A stretch of 62,750 nucleotides of DNA, filler included, from Reclinomonas americana ATCC 50394 (lineage: Eukaryota), in NCBI GenBank assembly GCA_048213135.1. It is 4 parts of 2 records of this genome, joined end to end, with 100 filler letters (N's around TTAATTAATTAA, not from the genome) between each part and the next. Parts side by side here need not be neighbours in the genome. Positions count along the whole stretch, not along the records: positions 10,728 to 25,979 come from PS015387.1; 3 more parts are not named here. One strand, written 5' to 3'. Below are positions 11,132-22,875 of the stretch, one piece after another. A program made the translations under genes and the position numbers. The notes beneath the pieces were generated by a model. The model was not told where the DNA came from. It saw only the letters and a program-made list of their open reading frames with translations, and ran no database searches. Position 1 is the stretch's first letter, and every line of letters starts with the position of its first letter.

Positions 11132-13154
11132 TCATTTTGGTTGCTGACTCGCCAGTCGCACCAGTTCTCGCATTGCCTGCGATCACCCAACTCAGCCATC
11201 CAACCTGCTCACCCTTGCCCACACACCATGCACTCACCGCCTCTTCCGCACTCTCCAACGCATCAGCTCTACCCTCGGCCACCACCTGCTCGGCCGGTGG
11301 TCCAGCCGTGACGCGCACCACCACCGAACCGCGCTTCACCACTCCATTCTCCTGCTCCACGGCACACGCGACTGCCAGTGGCGGCTTCAACTGCGTCGCT
11401 GCCTCCAGCAGCTGCACCACCTCAAAATGCACCGGTGCCAGGCGACGCGACGGCAGCGGCTGCACAGGCATCCGTGGCAGCGGGACCGACAGAATGCGAT
11501 GCAGAACAAATCTGTGTGCCGCCTCCAGACCCTGTTCGCACGCTCAGACAACCTATTCTCTCACTCTTTCCCTCACCTCCGCAGCAGCAGCGCGCACCTG
11601 ATCCATGTATATCGCACCAGCAATTGCCTCCATGACGCCCGACAACACCGCATTCTCCTCCTTTTCTCTCAACCCACGTGGTCTCTCACCAGCAGTCTTG
11701 GTCTGCGCACATTACACCGCACACCGACAACTCATCAGTGACGCACACGACACACACACACACATAGGAGAAAGAGGGAGAGGTAGCATGCAGGGAAAGA
11801 GAGGCAGAGGCGAGAGAAAGAGCAGAGACAGCGAGAAAGGGACAGAGGGACAGCGAGAATGGGAAGAGAGACAGAGACGAGAGTGGGAGACAGAGAGGCA
11901 GGAGAAAAGGCAGAACGACAGAGACGAGAGACACAGAGACAGCGACAAGGGCAGAGACAGCGAGAGACAGCGAGATATGGCAGAGAGACAGCGAGAAAGA
12001 GCAGAGACAGCGAGAAAGGGAGAGAGGCAGCGAGGAAGAGCACAAAGACAGCGAGAAGTGGCAGAGAGTCAGCGATAAGGCGAGGTGGGCGCAGATTATG
12101 AGAAGAAGCAGAGAGGTAGCGACAAGGGCAGAGATATCGAAGAGGCAGAGAGACAGCAATAAGGGGCAGAGACAGCGAGAAGAGTCAGCGAGAAGTGGCG
12201 GAGAGACCGTGAGAAGGGGCAGAGAGACAGCGACACGGGCAGAGACATCGAGAAGTGGCAGAGAGACAGCGAGGAGGGACAGAAGAGGAAGCGACAAGGG
12301 CAGGGACTGTGAGAATGGGCAGAGAGGGACAGAAAGACAGCGAGAAGGGCCAGAGAGACAGCGAGAAGGGGGCAGAGAGACAGCGAGGAAGAGCAGAAAG
12401 ACAGCGAGAGGTGCAGAGAGACAGAGAGAAGGAACAGGAGACCATGAGAGGGGGCAGAGACACAGCGACAAGGGCAGAGACATCGAGAAATGGCAGAGAG
12501 ACAGCGAGAAGGCGAAGAGGGGCAGAGGAAGAACGTGTTCTCTGCCTCTCTGCCCTTCTCGCTCTCTCTCTCTCTCCTCCCCCCCTCTCTCTCTGTTCCT
12601 TCTTCTGCCCCCTCTCGCCACCTCCCACAGACACGCGACTTGCCTGAATCGGGCACCACCGCACATGCGGAAGCACTTGCAACGCGCGACCGACATGCGT
12701 CAGTGCGTGATTCGACGTGAGCTGTTCGCACACATTCTGCACCTCCTCCGCCCGCAAATGCACAAAGTGACTCGTCACAATGTTCGTCGTCACAAACGAG
12801 AGCACTCGGTCGCCTGTGTCTTGCATGAGAAGACAGACAGACAGACAGACAGAGGCAATGAGTGTATGCACCGAGATGCTCCAACTGTGCATTGTTCTTG
12901 CAGCGACCACTGGCAAAGGTCGGGTGCGTCACTGCCACGGCCAGCAGTGACTCATCGCGGAAGGAGCCGGGTGACACGCCCAGTGTCTTGCAGAGAGACA
13001 CATGCGCCTCTGTGTGGGTGAGTGAGTGAGAGTGACACGTGAGAGTGTCTGCAGTGCTGGCCTCCTCACCGCGTGTGAGTGGCTTGAGAAAGGTACTCGG
13101 TGCCACACCCCACGTGCTCAACCTGCAACGCGCTGCTCTCAACAGCGACAGCAT
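11132..13154 (-). CDS. Mitochondrion-targeted RNase III + dsRBD protein (mL44/mL57-like or organellar RNase III)
   Basis: Arg-rich presequence MLSLLRAARCRLSTW; AVTHPTF...NNAQLEHLGDRVL; LSGVMEAIAGAIYMDQGLEAAHRFV; dsRBD-like tail VVAEGRADALESAEEAAMRELVRL. Confidence 0.8.
11760..12600. repeat. Intronic degenerate minisatellite (GCAGAGAGACAGCGAGA-like units)
   Basis: Many imperfect copies of (GG)CAGAGA(GA)CAGCGA(GA) inside the RNase III-like gene intron. Confidence 0.75.
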
Positions 13155-13265
13155 GATGTGGGTGTGCTGCCTGCCAATTCGTTGTCAATTTTACTTCTGT
13201 TCAGATAGTGGTGAGGAAAAAAAGTTATCAAGTGGTGCTGCTGTCGTTGTCTGCGCCCCCGCTGC

Positions 13266-16200
13266 TCATGTCGTCTGCAGTGTCCTGGCGCCGGGTCCAC
13301 CTGGTCCGCGACCCCATACGCGGAATGAGCTGTCGGAGCTGCAGGAGACCAGGTACTTGCCCTTGCTGTCAAACACCACATCCTGCACGCAGTCCTCGTG
13401 GCCGGTGAGCTCCGTCGCCAATCTCATGTCGTCCGTGTCGAAGCTGGCGAGGAAGAGGATGAGGAGGAGCAAGTCAGCGTGGTGGAGGTCATTCAGCATA
13501 CAGTCGTCGGTTGGAGACGCAACATCTTCACAGTCTGGTCGTCACTGGCCACCGCCAAGTACCGGCCGGAGGGATCAAAGGCACCGCGGTTGGCTGGGTG
13601 CTGTCCGGCTTCGCCTCTCGTTCGCTCTGCCACCATGCGCACATCCCATAGCACCACCACGCCGTCGGCATCGGTCGACGCAATGGTGTCTCCGCGCAGG
13701 TTGAAAAAGGCCGAATTGCAGGCGTTGCCGTGGCCGTAGAAGGTCTGAATGCAGAGTGCCGTGCGTGCATCCCACAACGACACAGTCTTGTCGCCGGAGC
13801 AGGTGCACAGGTTGTTGGAGAAGGGCTGGAAGGTGACAAAATTGACGGAATCCACGTGACCGCGGAATGTCTGTCGGCACCGTTCGCTGCGCGACCACGT
13901 GTGGTGTGAGTCTCTTCCTACTACTCTCTTGAGAAGTCAACGTCGCCACAGTACCTGTTGAGATCCCACAGCTTGGCGGTGTGATCCAGCGAACACGATG
14001 CCAAAAAGTCACCGCTTTCGTGGAAGGCGCACGCCCACACGGCTTGAGCGTGGTCCGAGAAGGTCACCGAGCAGCAAGCATGCGCAAAGTCCCACAGCTT
14101 GATGGTCCCGTCGCCCGACGATGTCGCCAAGTGGGTGCCACTGGAGCGCATGAGGAGGTGAGCGAGGGGGGTCGGAGAGCAAGAGGGAGAGGGAGAGGGA
14201 GAGGGAGAGGGAGAGTGAGAGGGAGAGTGAGAGGGAGAGTGAGAGGGAGAGGGAGAAGGGAGGGAGAAGGAGGGAGAAGGCAGGAAGTAAGAAGAAGTGA
14301 GAAGAAAACGGAAGAGAGAAGGGAGATGCGAGAGGGAGAGATAGAGACAAGGAGGAGGAGGAGGAGGAGGCGAAGAAGAGAGAGAGAGAGAGGAAGAGGG
14401 AGAGGAAGAGGAAGAAGAAAACGCAGGCGTTGATGATGAAGATGAAGCAGAAGCATAGAAAGAGGCAGCAGGAGGAGAGGGAGGAGGAGAACAACAAACA
14501 ACAACACCAACAACGATCAAAAGAAGAAGCGGAAACTCAACAACAGAACGAGCAAAAGGGAGGAAGGATGAAGAGGACGGCGCTTCTCTTCTTTCGCTTC
14601 TGGTTTTCTCTCTCACATCGCCATCGCTCTGCATCCCATCAAGACACACACGCACCGTGGATGGAAATCGATGCAGGAGAGCCAGTCCTTGTGTCCGTCG
14701 CCACTCATGATCAGTGCGCCCTTCTCCAACGACCACATCTTCCACGTGGTGTCGTCCGAGGCCGTGGCCAAAATGTCCTTCTTCGGGTGCAACGCCAGCG
14801 AGCTGATGCTCATGGCGTGCGCCACATTGATTTGACCGGGCATGGAGAGCGAGTCCAGCGGTGCCGGATCAATGACCATGTGCAAGAAGGGATTCTCCTG
14901 ATCGTCCGGCGGCAACACACTGTCCTTGCCGCGCTTTCGTCTCTGCGCACGAAAAGAAATCGAATGAGTGAGCATCATCACGACTCTTGGTGGTAGTTGT
15001 GACGCAACTGTGCTTGACTCGGCCGGCTTGCTGGTGGGCGACTTGTCTTGACTCAACAACGCCACCTCCTGCTCCAGCGAGGTCACCTTGGCGGCCAGCT
15101 TGTCGCGCTCCAACCGTGCCATCATCTTCTCCTTCATGGCCGCATCGTACTTGCGCTTCAGCTCGTTCATGGCCGGCTCGAAGCGGTCAATGTGTGTCTT
15201 CAGTCGCTTAATGTCCTTGATCAACTTGTTCTTCTCCTGCACCACTCGTTGGTGGTGCATGCGATGCATGTCACGCTCGCGTCGTAGCTTGTCCCAGGTG
15301 TTCTTTGCTTTTCTGTGACGTTGGGAAGGCGCGTTAATGGACAAAATGGGAGAGAAATATTCAAGAAGTGCACGCAACGATGCAATCGACTGCGCCTGGC
15401 TCAGCTCTGTCTCCAACTCGGCCGCTCGCTCCTTCAGGCGGTCATTCTCCACGTACACATCGGGTACAACAGAGGCCAAGTCGGCAGCTGCGCCAGACTG
15501 CGACTTTTCGTACCATTCCGACTGCGCGCAACGCAAGTGGGTTAGCCGAAGGAGGGGAAGTCGAACTGCTTTGCTTGTCTGTCTCTTAATTGGTCTCACT
15601 CGCACACACTCACTCACTCACTCGCATACTCACCCGTGCACTCACTAACGCACTTTACCACACACTCCCTCGTTCAGTCACTAATACATCAAAACCACCC
15701 ACGCACTCGCTCACCAGTTCAGTCACTTACTCTCACAAACGTACTCACTTTGCTCTATAGACACTCACTTGCTCATCTGACACCTCACTCACTCAATCCC
15801 CTTTCCCATCTCTCTCTCCCTCTCTCGCTCACCTGAAACGCATCAAGCGTGCGCTGCATGCCCGCACGAATCAAGTAGTTGCGCATAAAGTCCTCAATCA
15901 CTTCCGGTCGTCGCACCACCTGTGGCCGCAAATCGCTCGCCGATCCCTTGCCGCGCGACAAACCACCAGCACCACCGGCCGCGCCACGTGACTGCTGCGC
16001 CAATCGCTTCTCCTCTGCAGCAATGAAACAGACAAAAGAGTCAATAAAATGAGGAGAGAAAGGCAGGGCGCAGTTGAGAGAGCGAGAGATAGTGTGGGAG
16101 AGACAGGCACGTCAAGAAACGATGTACAACGCGTGAAGAAGACTGGGCGCAAGCGATCGAGACAGAAAGCGAAGCCCACATACAAGACGTAGATACCGAT

Positions 16201-17244
16201 CAAGAGTTCGAGACAGAGACAACGAACGAGAAAGTGACAAAGAATGGGAGAAAGGGATGCCCGCAAACAAAGCGTGTGGAAGACACGGCGCAAGGGATCG
16301 AGAAAGAGACAGTGACAGAGAGAGAGAGAGAAAGGGACGGCCACATACAAGGCATGAGGAAGACAAGGAGCAAGAGATCGAGATAGAGACAGAGAAACAG
16401 AGAGAGAGGGAAAGCGATGCCAACATATAAGGAGAGATACACAGTGAGGATGACAGGGCGCATGGGATCGAAAAAGAGACAGAGACAGAAAGAGAGAGAA
16501 GAGACGGCCACATACAAGGCACGAGGAAGACAGAGTGCAAGCGATCGAGAAAGAAACAGAGAGAGAAAGCGATGCCCTTACGTACACACTCAGACTTCTT
16601 CTCCCCAACTCACCCTGCTTCTTGATCGTCGACAGCAACGCATCGAGGTCCTCGACCTCTGCGTCCCCGCCCACATCCTCATCAACCTCCTCCTCCAGTG
16701 ACGCGTCTTGCACAACCGCATGCTTCTTCTTTCCAGACGCAGCAGCAGCAGCGCCCTTTCTCACTGACGGACCCGCTCCGTCCTCGTCATCGTCGCTGTC
16801 CAGTGGAACCTCCTCGTACTCGTACTCGTCGTCGGATTCCTCCAACTCAAACTCTGCAAAGTGCAACAACGATGAGAGAAGAGGCAAGAGATAGAGAGAG
16901 AGAGAAGACAGCGAGAGAGAGAGAGTGTGTGTGCAGAGTGGGTGCAAGGGAGATAGAGAGACAGAAGTGAGAGAGACAGAGATAGAGACAGGAAAATAGA
17001 GAGCTAGAGGGACAGAGATGGAGTGAGAGACAGAGAGAGAGAGAGAAGTGTGAGAGAGATAGAGAGACAGAGGTGAGAGAGAGAGAGAGGCAGAGAGAGA
17101 AGTGTGTGACAGAAGTGAGAAGAGAAGTGAGATACAGAAGAGAAAGAGAAAACAGAGATGACAGAGAGACAGAGACGAGCAGTGAGAGAAGAGGCAGAGA
17201 TCAGCAACACAACTCTCAATCACAAAGTCTTCTTCCTCCGCCAT
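13266..17244 (-). CDS. SPAG16: Sperm-associated antigen 16 / PF20 central-pair WD40 protein
   Basis: RPEVIEDFMRNYLIRAGMQRTLDAFQSEWYE; WDKLRRERDMHRMHHQRVVQEKNKLIKDIKRLK; WD repeats (ATASDDTTWKMW, GHKDWLSCIDFHP, SGDGTIKLWD, SLDHTAKLWD, SGDKTVSLWD). Confidence 0.93.
16100..16580. repeat. Intronic degenerate tandem repeat (~165 bp period)
   Basis: CCACATACAAG(GCA) recurs at about 16176, 16341 and 16508, with GATCGAGA motifs, in a SPAG16 intron. Confidence 0.6.
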
Positions 17245-17329
17245 CTGTTATAACGCTTTCGATGACCGGTCGACTGGAGCGGACGGTGAATCCCACTTTT
17301 TTTTCACTTTTGTCTTTTCGGAGGAGGCA

Positions 17330-17479
17330 ATGTTGCACACAGTCGCTCGCTCTGTGGGCGCATCGCCGGTGCGCACACATACCCGTCATTGCATGCAACT
17401 TTTCATGTCACTCACATGCGCGTGTGATGCATATAGAGTGGCGCTCGGTTCTTCAGCAGTGCCAAGCTGGCGGTGAGAG

Positions 17480-17520
<41 letters not shown>

Positions 17521-18833
17521 TACATGCACACACAGAGCACACTTTCGCACACTTGCACACACTTTCACGCACTTTCACGCACTTTCACGCACCTGCACAC
17601 ACTTGCACACACCTGCACACACACTCATACACACTCTCCCTTCCACTCCCTCTTCTCTCTATCTCCCTCTCTCCTTCTCACACTCTCTCCTCTCTCTCTC
17701 TCGTGTTCTGCGCACAAGAGTGATGTCCATTTCCCTCTCTCACACTCTCCTTTCGTTTTTATGTTTGTGTTTTGCGCGCAGCCGATTGTTCCCTCGTTGA
17801 TCAACGGCAAGTGGCGCGAGTCGCAAACGACCAAGTTCTTTGATGTGATCAACCCGGTGAGAGAGAGAGACGACTCCGCGCGCAGATCACTCCGAGATTC
17901 GTGGATTCTCATGTGTGTGTGTGTGTGTGTGTTTGCGTGCATGCAACTAGGCCACGCAAGAGGTGGTGTCGCGGTGCCCGCAGACCACCTCGGCTGAGTT
18001 CCAGGAGGCAGTGGCTGCTGCAAAGGCTGCATTCCCTGCGTGGTGCGTCCTACTCTCACTCTCTTCTCTCTCTCTCCCCCTTCCGTCTCTTCTCGCTGCC
18101 TCACGCATGCATTGCTGATCTCCCTCTCTCTGTCTCTCTACAGGCGCGACACGCCAGTGTCGCAGCGTGCGCGTGTGATGTTCAAGCTGCAGCACTTGAT
18201 TCGTGAGCGCCAGGTGTGGCAGTCAGTTGACTGTATTCGGGGGTCTTTTTTGTTTCCTCCTTCCCCCCGCGTTCTGACGCTCGGGCGTTGCAGGAGGAGA
18301 TTGCAAAGATGATCACCAGGGAGCAGGGCAAGACGCTGGAGGATGCTCGTGGTGATGTGTTCCGTGGACTCGGTGCGTGGTGAGATTGCTGCGTCCACCA
18401 CACAGACGAGGGGAAAGCATGCTGATTGACGAATGCAGAGGTGGTGGAGCATGCGTGTGGAATTGCGTCGCTGTTGATGGGTGAGACCACGCAGACGGTG
18501 GCGCGCAACATGGATACCTACAGGTGAGTGCGGGAGGGAGCGAGTAGAGTGGCACGTTGCAGTTGTGCACTGATGCTTTGCACGGGATGACAGCTTCCGC
18601 GAGCCGCTCGGTGTCTGTGCTGGCAGTTGCGCATTGTCGTTTGGTTTACGTTTGTGGCGGCGGTCGTTAACTGACTTATGTGTGTGCAGTCTCGCCGTTC
18701 AACTTCCCGGCCATGATTCCTCTGTGGATGTTCCCCATTGCCACGGCCTGCGGCAACACCTACATCCTGAAGCCGAGCGAGAAGGTGTGGCCTTCTCCGC
18801 CCGCCCTGCCCGTTTCCTCCAGCACACTCACTC

Positions 18834-18876
<43 letters not shown>

Positions 18877-20456
18877 CCTTTGCCGTCTCCCTTCTCCTTC
18901 TCCCTTCTCTTCCCCCTTCTCTTCCCCCTTTTCCTTCTCCCTCCTTCTCCCTTTTCCTTCCCCCTTTTCCTTCCCCCCTGTTCCTTCCCCCTTTTCCTCC
19001 CCCTTTTCCTTCCCCCTTCTCTTCTCCCCTTTCCTTCTCCCTTCCCTCTTCCCCCCATCTCGCAGGACCCCGGAGCGTCGGTTTACATCTGCCAACTGGC
19101 CCAAGAGGCCGGTCTGCCTGACGGTGTGCTCAATGTTGTGCACGGAGGCAAGGTGTGTCACGCACTCACCGTCTCTCGGAGTCCGTTTCCTCTTCGCACT
19201 GAACCGCTTCGTTTGTCCATGCAGGATACGGTGGACTACATTCTCGATGCTCCCGAAATCAAGGCCATCTCGTTTGTCGGCAGCAACCACGTGGGCACGT
19301 ACATTCACCAGCGTGGCTCGCACAATGGAAAGCGCGTGCAGGTGGGTGCCGCGTTGCCTCCTTGATGTGAACTAAGGGTAATTGACAAGTCGCTTTCGGT
19401 GCAGTCGAACATGGCGGCGAAGAACCACGGCGTGGTGATGCCGGACGCTGATCGCGAGACTGTCGTCAGTGCCCTCACGGTGAGGATTGTGTGAAGCGTG
19501 CGCGTGCCAACATGAAAAAATGAGCTGATCGCCGCATTGTCGAAAAATTATAGGGTGCTGCGTTCGGTGCCGCTGGCCAGCGTTGCATGGCTCTGTCGAC
19601 GGCTGTGTTTGTCGGCGAGTCGAAGAACTGGATCCCCGACATTGTGGAGAAGGCCAGGAACCTGCGTGTGAATGCCGGTCACGAGCCCAACACCGATGTC
19701 GGCCCGCTTATCGACCGCGCCGCCAAGGAGCGTGTCAGCGCCATTATTGATTCGGCGACAAAGCAGGGCGCCACCATTGCGCTGGACGGCCGCAACACCA
19801 AGGTGTGCAGGCGACAACGCACTGACGATGCATGTCATTTTGGATTCCGCTAATTCTTCGTCATGCAGGTCGCTGGCTACCCGAACGGCAACTTTGTGGG
19901 CCCGACTGTCATCACCAACGTCAAGCCCGGCATGCGCTGCTACGACGAGGAGATCTTTGGCCCGGTGCTCGTTTGCGTCAAGTGAGTGCAAGAGCGGTAG
20001 CGGGAAAGAGAAAGAACGAAAGAGAGTCCTGAACATCTCTTCCGTTTTCGCGCAGTGTCGAGACTCTCGACGACGCCATCAAGCTCGTCAACTCGAACCA
20101 GTGGGGCAACGGCACCGCCATCTTCACCCAGTCGGGTGCCGCTGCACGCAAGTACCAGCACGAGACCGAGGTGACTCAGGTCGGCATCAACACACCCATT
20201 CCAGTGCCGCTGCCCTTCTTCAGCTTCACCGGTGGCAAGGCCTCGATCCGCGGTGACCTCAAGTTTCGTAACTGCTTTGGTCTTGCAACGGGGGGATGGG
20301 TTCACGTGCTCACTGTGCAACTCTTTGTGTGACAGCTTCTACGGCAAGGCTGGCGTCTACTTCTACTCGCAGCTGAAGACCATCACCTCGAACTGGCGCG
20401 AGCCGAGCGAGGCGACCCGCAAGCTGCAGACCGCCATGCCGGTCTACAAGAGCTGA
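17330..20456 (+). CDS. ALDH6A1: Methylmalonate-semialdehyde dehydrogenase (acylating), mitochondrial
   Basis: [99 protein letters not shown]. Confidence 0.96.
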
Positions 20457-20999
20457 AGAAAGCGCAGAGAGTGAGTTTTTGTGTTGGCCCCTGTCGTCAG
20501 AAATGAATACTATTCCACCCCCGGAAAATGCCGTTACGCCGTGCAGCTCAAAAATTCCGTTTTCCGTCGTCTTTATTAGCAAGTGAGTACGTAACTGACC
20601 GGGAGAGCGGGCGACCAACGACCGTAAACAATACAAGGTGAAACATCAACGCTCGCGTCACGCACTTTCGTTTCACACGCAACACACGCACACACACACA
20701 CTGTGATCGCGAGGTGGTGAGTCTGAGCACACAGTGGCCTGTGTGTGTGCGCGCACGTGTGTGTTGTCTGTTGTGTGTGGACGCGTGCCAACTCTACCAC
20801 AAAACTCACACTAGTGTCTCTGTCTGTGCCTTTCTCTCTCTTGCTCTCTCACTGTGTGTGTATGTGTGCCTGTCACTCAGTGAGCGCGCGTGCATTGGTC
20901 TCTTGCACGCTCAACTCTTCTCTCACGCGCTCTCTCTTTGTGTGTTTATGTTTGCAGTCACACAAGCAACAAGTGAGACACTGACTGAGCAAGCGAAGG

Positions 21000-22507
21000 A
21001 TGGCGTCATCGTCTGGCATTAAGCGATACGACGGAGCGCGTTTGAATGGAAAGAAGCACGGATTTGGTACTTATCACTTCGAGGTATGATCAACCACTCA
21101 ACTCTTTTGCATCTCTCTCTCTCTCTCTCATGATGTGCGTGCGCGCGTGCTGTTAAAAGGATGGTTCTGTGTACGAGGGCGAGTGGGTGGAGGGCATGAT
21201 GGAGGGCAAGGGTAAGTACACGTGGGCGGGCGAGGACCGCAAGGTGTACGAGGGCGAGCTGAAGGCCGGGCAGCGCGATGGGCGCGGAACGCTGACGTGG
21301 GGCGATGGGCGCAAGTATGAGGGCCAGTGGGTCAATGGCAAGAAGAGCGTGCATGGCGTGTTCACGTGGCCGGATGGACGGTGAGTGTTGACTGTGTGTC
21401 TGTGTGGAAGGAAGGCATGAGGAGACTGATTGGTGGTGAGCAGCAAGTACAATGGCGAGTGGCTCGATGACATGAAGCACGGCAGGGGCGTGTACGAGTG
21501 GAGCGATGGGTGAGTTGTACGCGTGTGTATCCGTATGCATGCCGTTTGGCTGACGCTCTCTTGTTGTTGCAGTTCCAAGTACGAGGGCGACTGGGTGTCT
21601 GACAAGAGAACTGGCCGTTGCGTACATGCTTGCTTGGTTTGCTGATCGGTGTGCTTGTGCTCACTGGCTGTCGTTGTCGCTTGGCTTTGACAGACGGACG
21701 CTACACATGGCCCGACGGACGAGTCTACGAGGGAAGCTGGAAGGATGGCAAGATGGACGGCAAGGGCGTGTTGGTGAGCACAGCTGCACTCGTGTCGGTG
21801 TGATGTTCATGCGTGGGTCACGATTTTGGTGGTTGCGCAGACATTCCCCGACGGATCCAAGTATGATGGCGACTGGGTTGCCGACAAGAAGCACGGCCAC
21901 GGCATTTACATCTGGAACGACTCGGGCAAGCGCTACGAGGGTCAGTTTGAGAACGATCAGCGCGCAGGCCAGGGCACGCTGAGGTGAGTGTGCACACGAG
22001 CACGCTATGCAATGACTTTTCGTCTCACACGCGCACAGCTGGAAGGACGGACGCAAGTACGTTGGCTCCTTTGTGGCCGGCCGCATGAGCGGAACCGGAG
22101 TCTTGACTGTTGCGTTGTCTGTCTATTAGCCTGTCCGCGGTCGTCCGTCTCGCTCACTTCTCCTTTCCAGTTCCCGTCTGGTCGCCGCTACGAGGGCGCG
22201 ATGCTGGACGACGCCATGCACGGCCGCGGCACGTACATTTACGAGAACGGCGCCACGTACGTCGGCGACTTTGTCGAGGGCAAGCGCGAAGGCAACGGCA
22301 CGCTTACCTTCCAGAACGGCAACACATTCGCGGGCACATGGAAGGCCGGCAAGAAGCACGGACAGGGTCGCCTAACAACACCCGACGGCCGCGTGCAAGA
22401 GGGTGAGTGTGTTTGTGTCTGTGTCTGTGTCTTTGTCTGTGGTCTGCTCACCGCATGTATGCATGTGTGTCGCAGGCTTGTGGGAGGACGACATGTTTGT
22501 CGGCTAA
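21000..22507 (+). CDS. All-MORN-repeat protein (~13-14 repeats)
   Basis: Consecutive YEGxWxxGxxxGxGxxTWxDG repeats across about 10 exons; no other domain; probable 5' UTR intron at ~20717-20957. Confidence 0.9.
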
Positions 22508-22875
22508 AGCAGCAGCGTATGCGGCTTGTATTTGTCGCGATTTGTGTGCTCAGGCAGAGTCTTGTTTCATTTGCTGTTTTTCATTATTGTTTGTACGAAG
22601 GAGGTGGTCGACCCACCTCCATTTTGTGTGTGTCGGTGCTCATGTTTGATGATGATGATGATGATACGAGTGTGTCTGCGTTTCACACTCATGTTTTTTC
22701 TCCCTCTCTTGTCTGTACACCGGAGGAAAAAGAAGAAGAGGATGGGAAAAAGGAGAGTGAACGGTGCGGAATCAGAAAAACTGTCGTGTGGAATTGATGG
22801 CTGTACATGCATGTAACTTTTGAACAACACAACCAAAAAACCAAAACAAAAAAAGCCAACACACTCGCATAAAAA

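Noticed and set aside
11686..13021. Long Ser/Leu- or Arg/Glu-rich ORFs and ORFs through N runs
   Set aside because: Stop-free translations of CT/GA intronic repeats or of gaps; not proteins.
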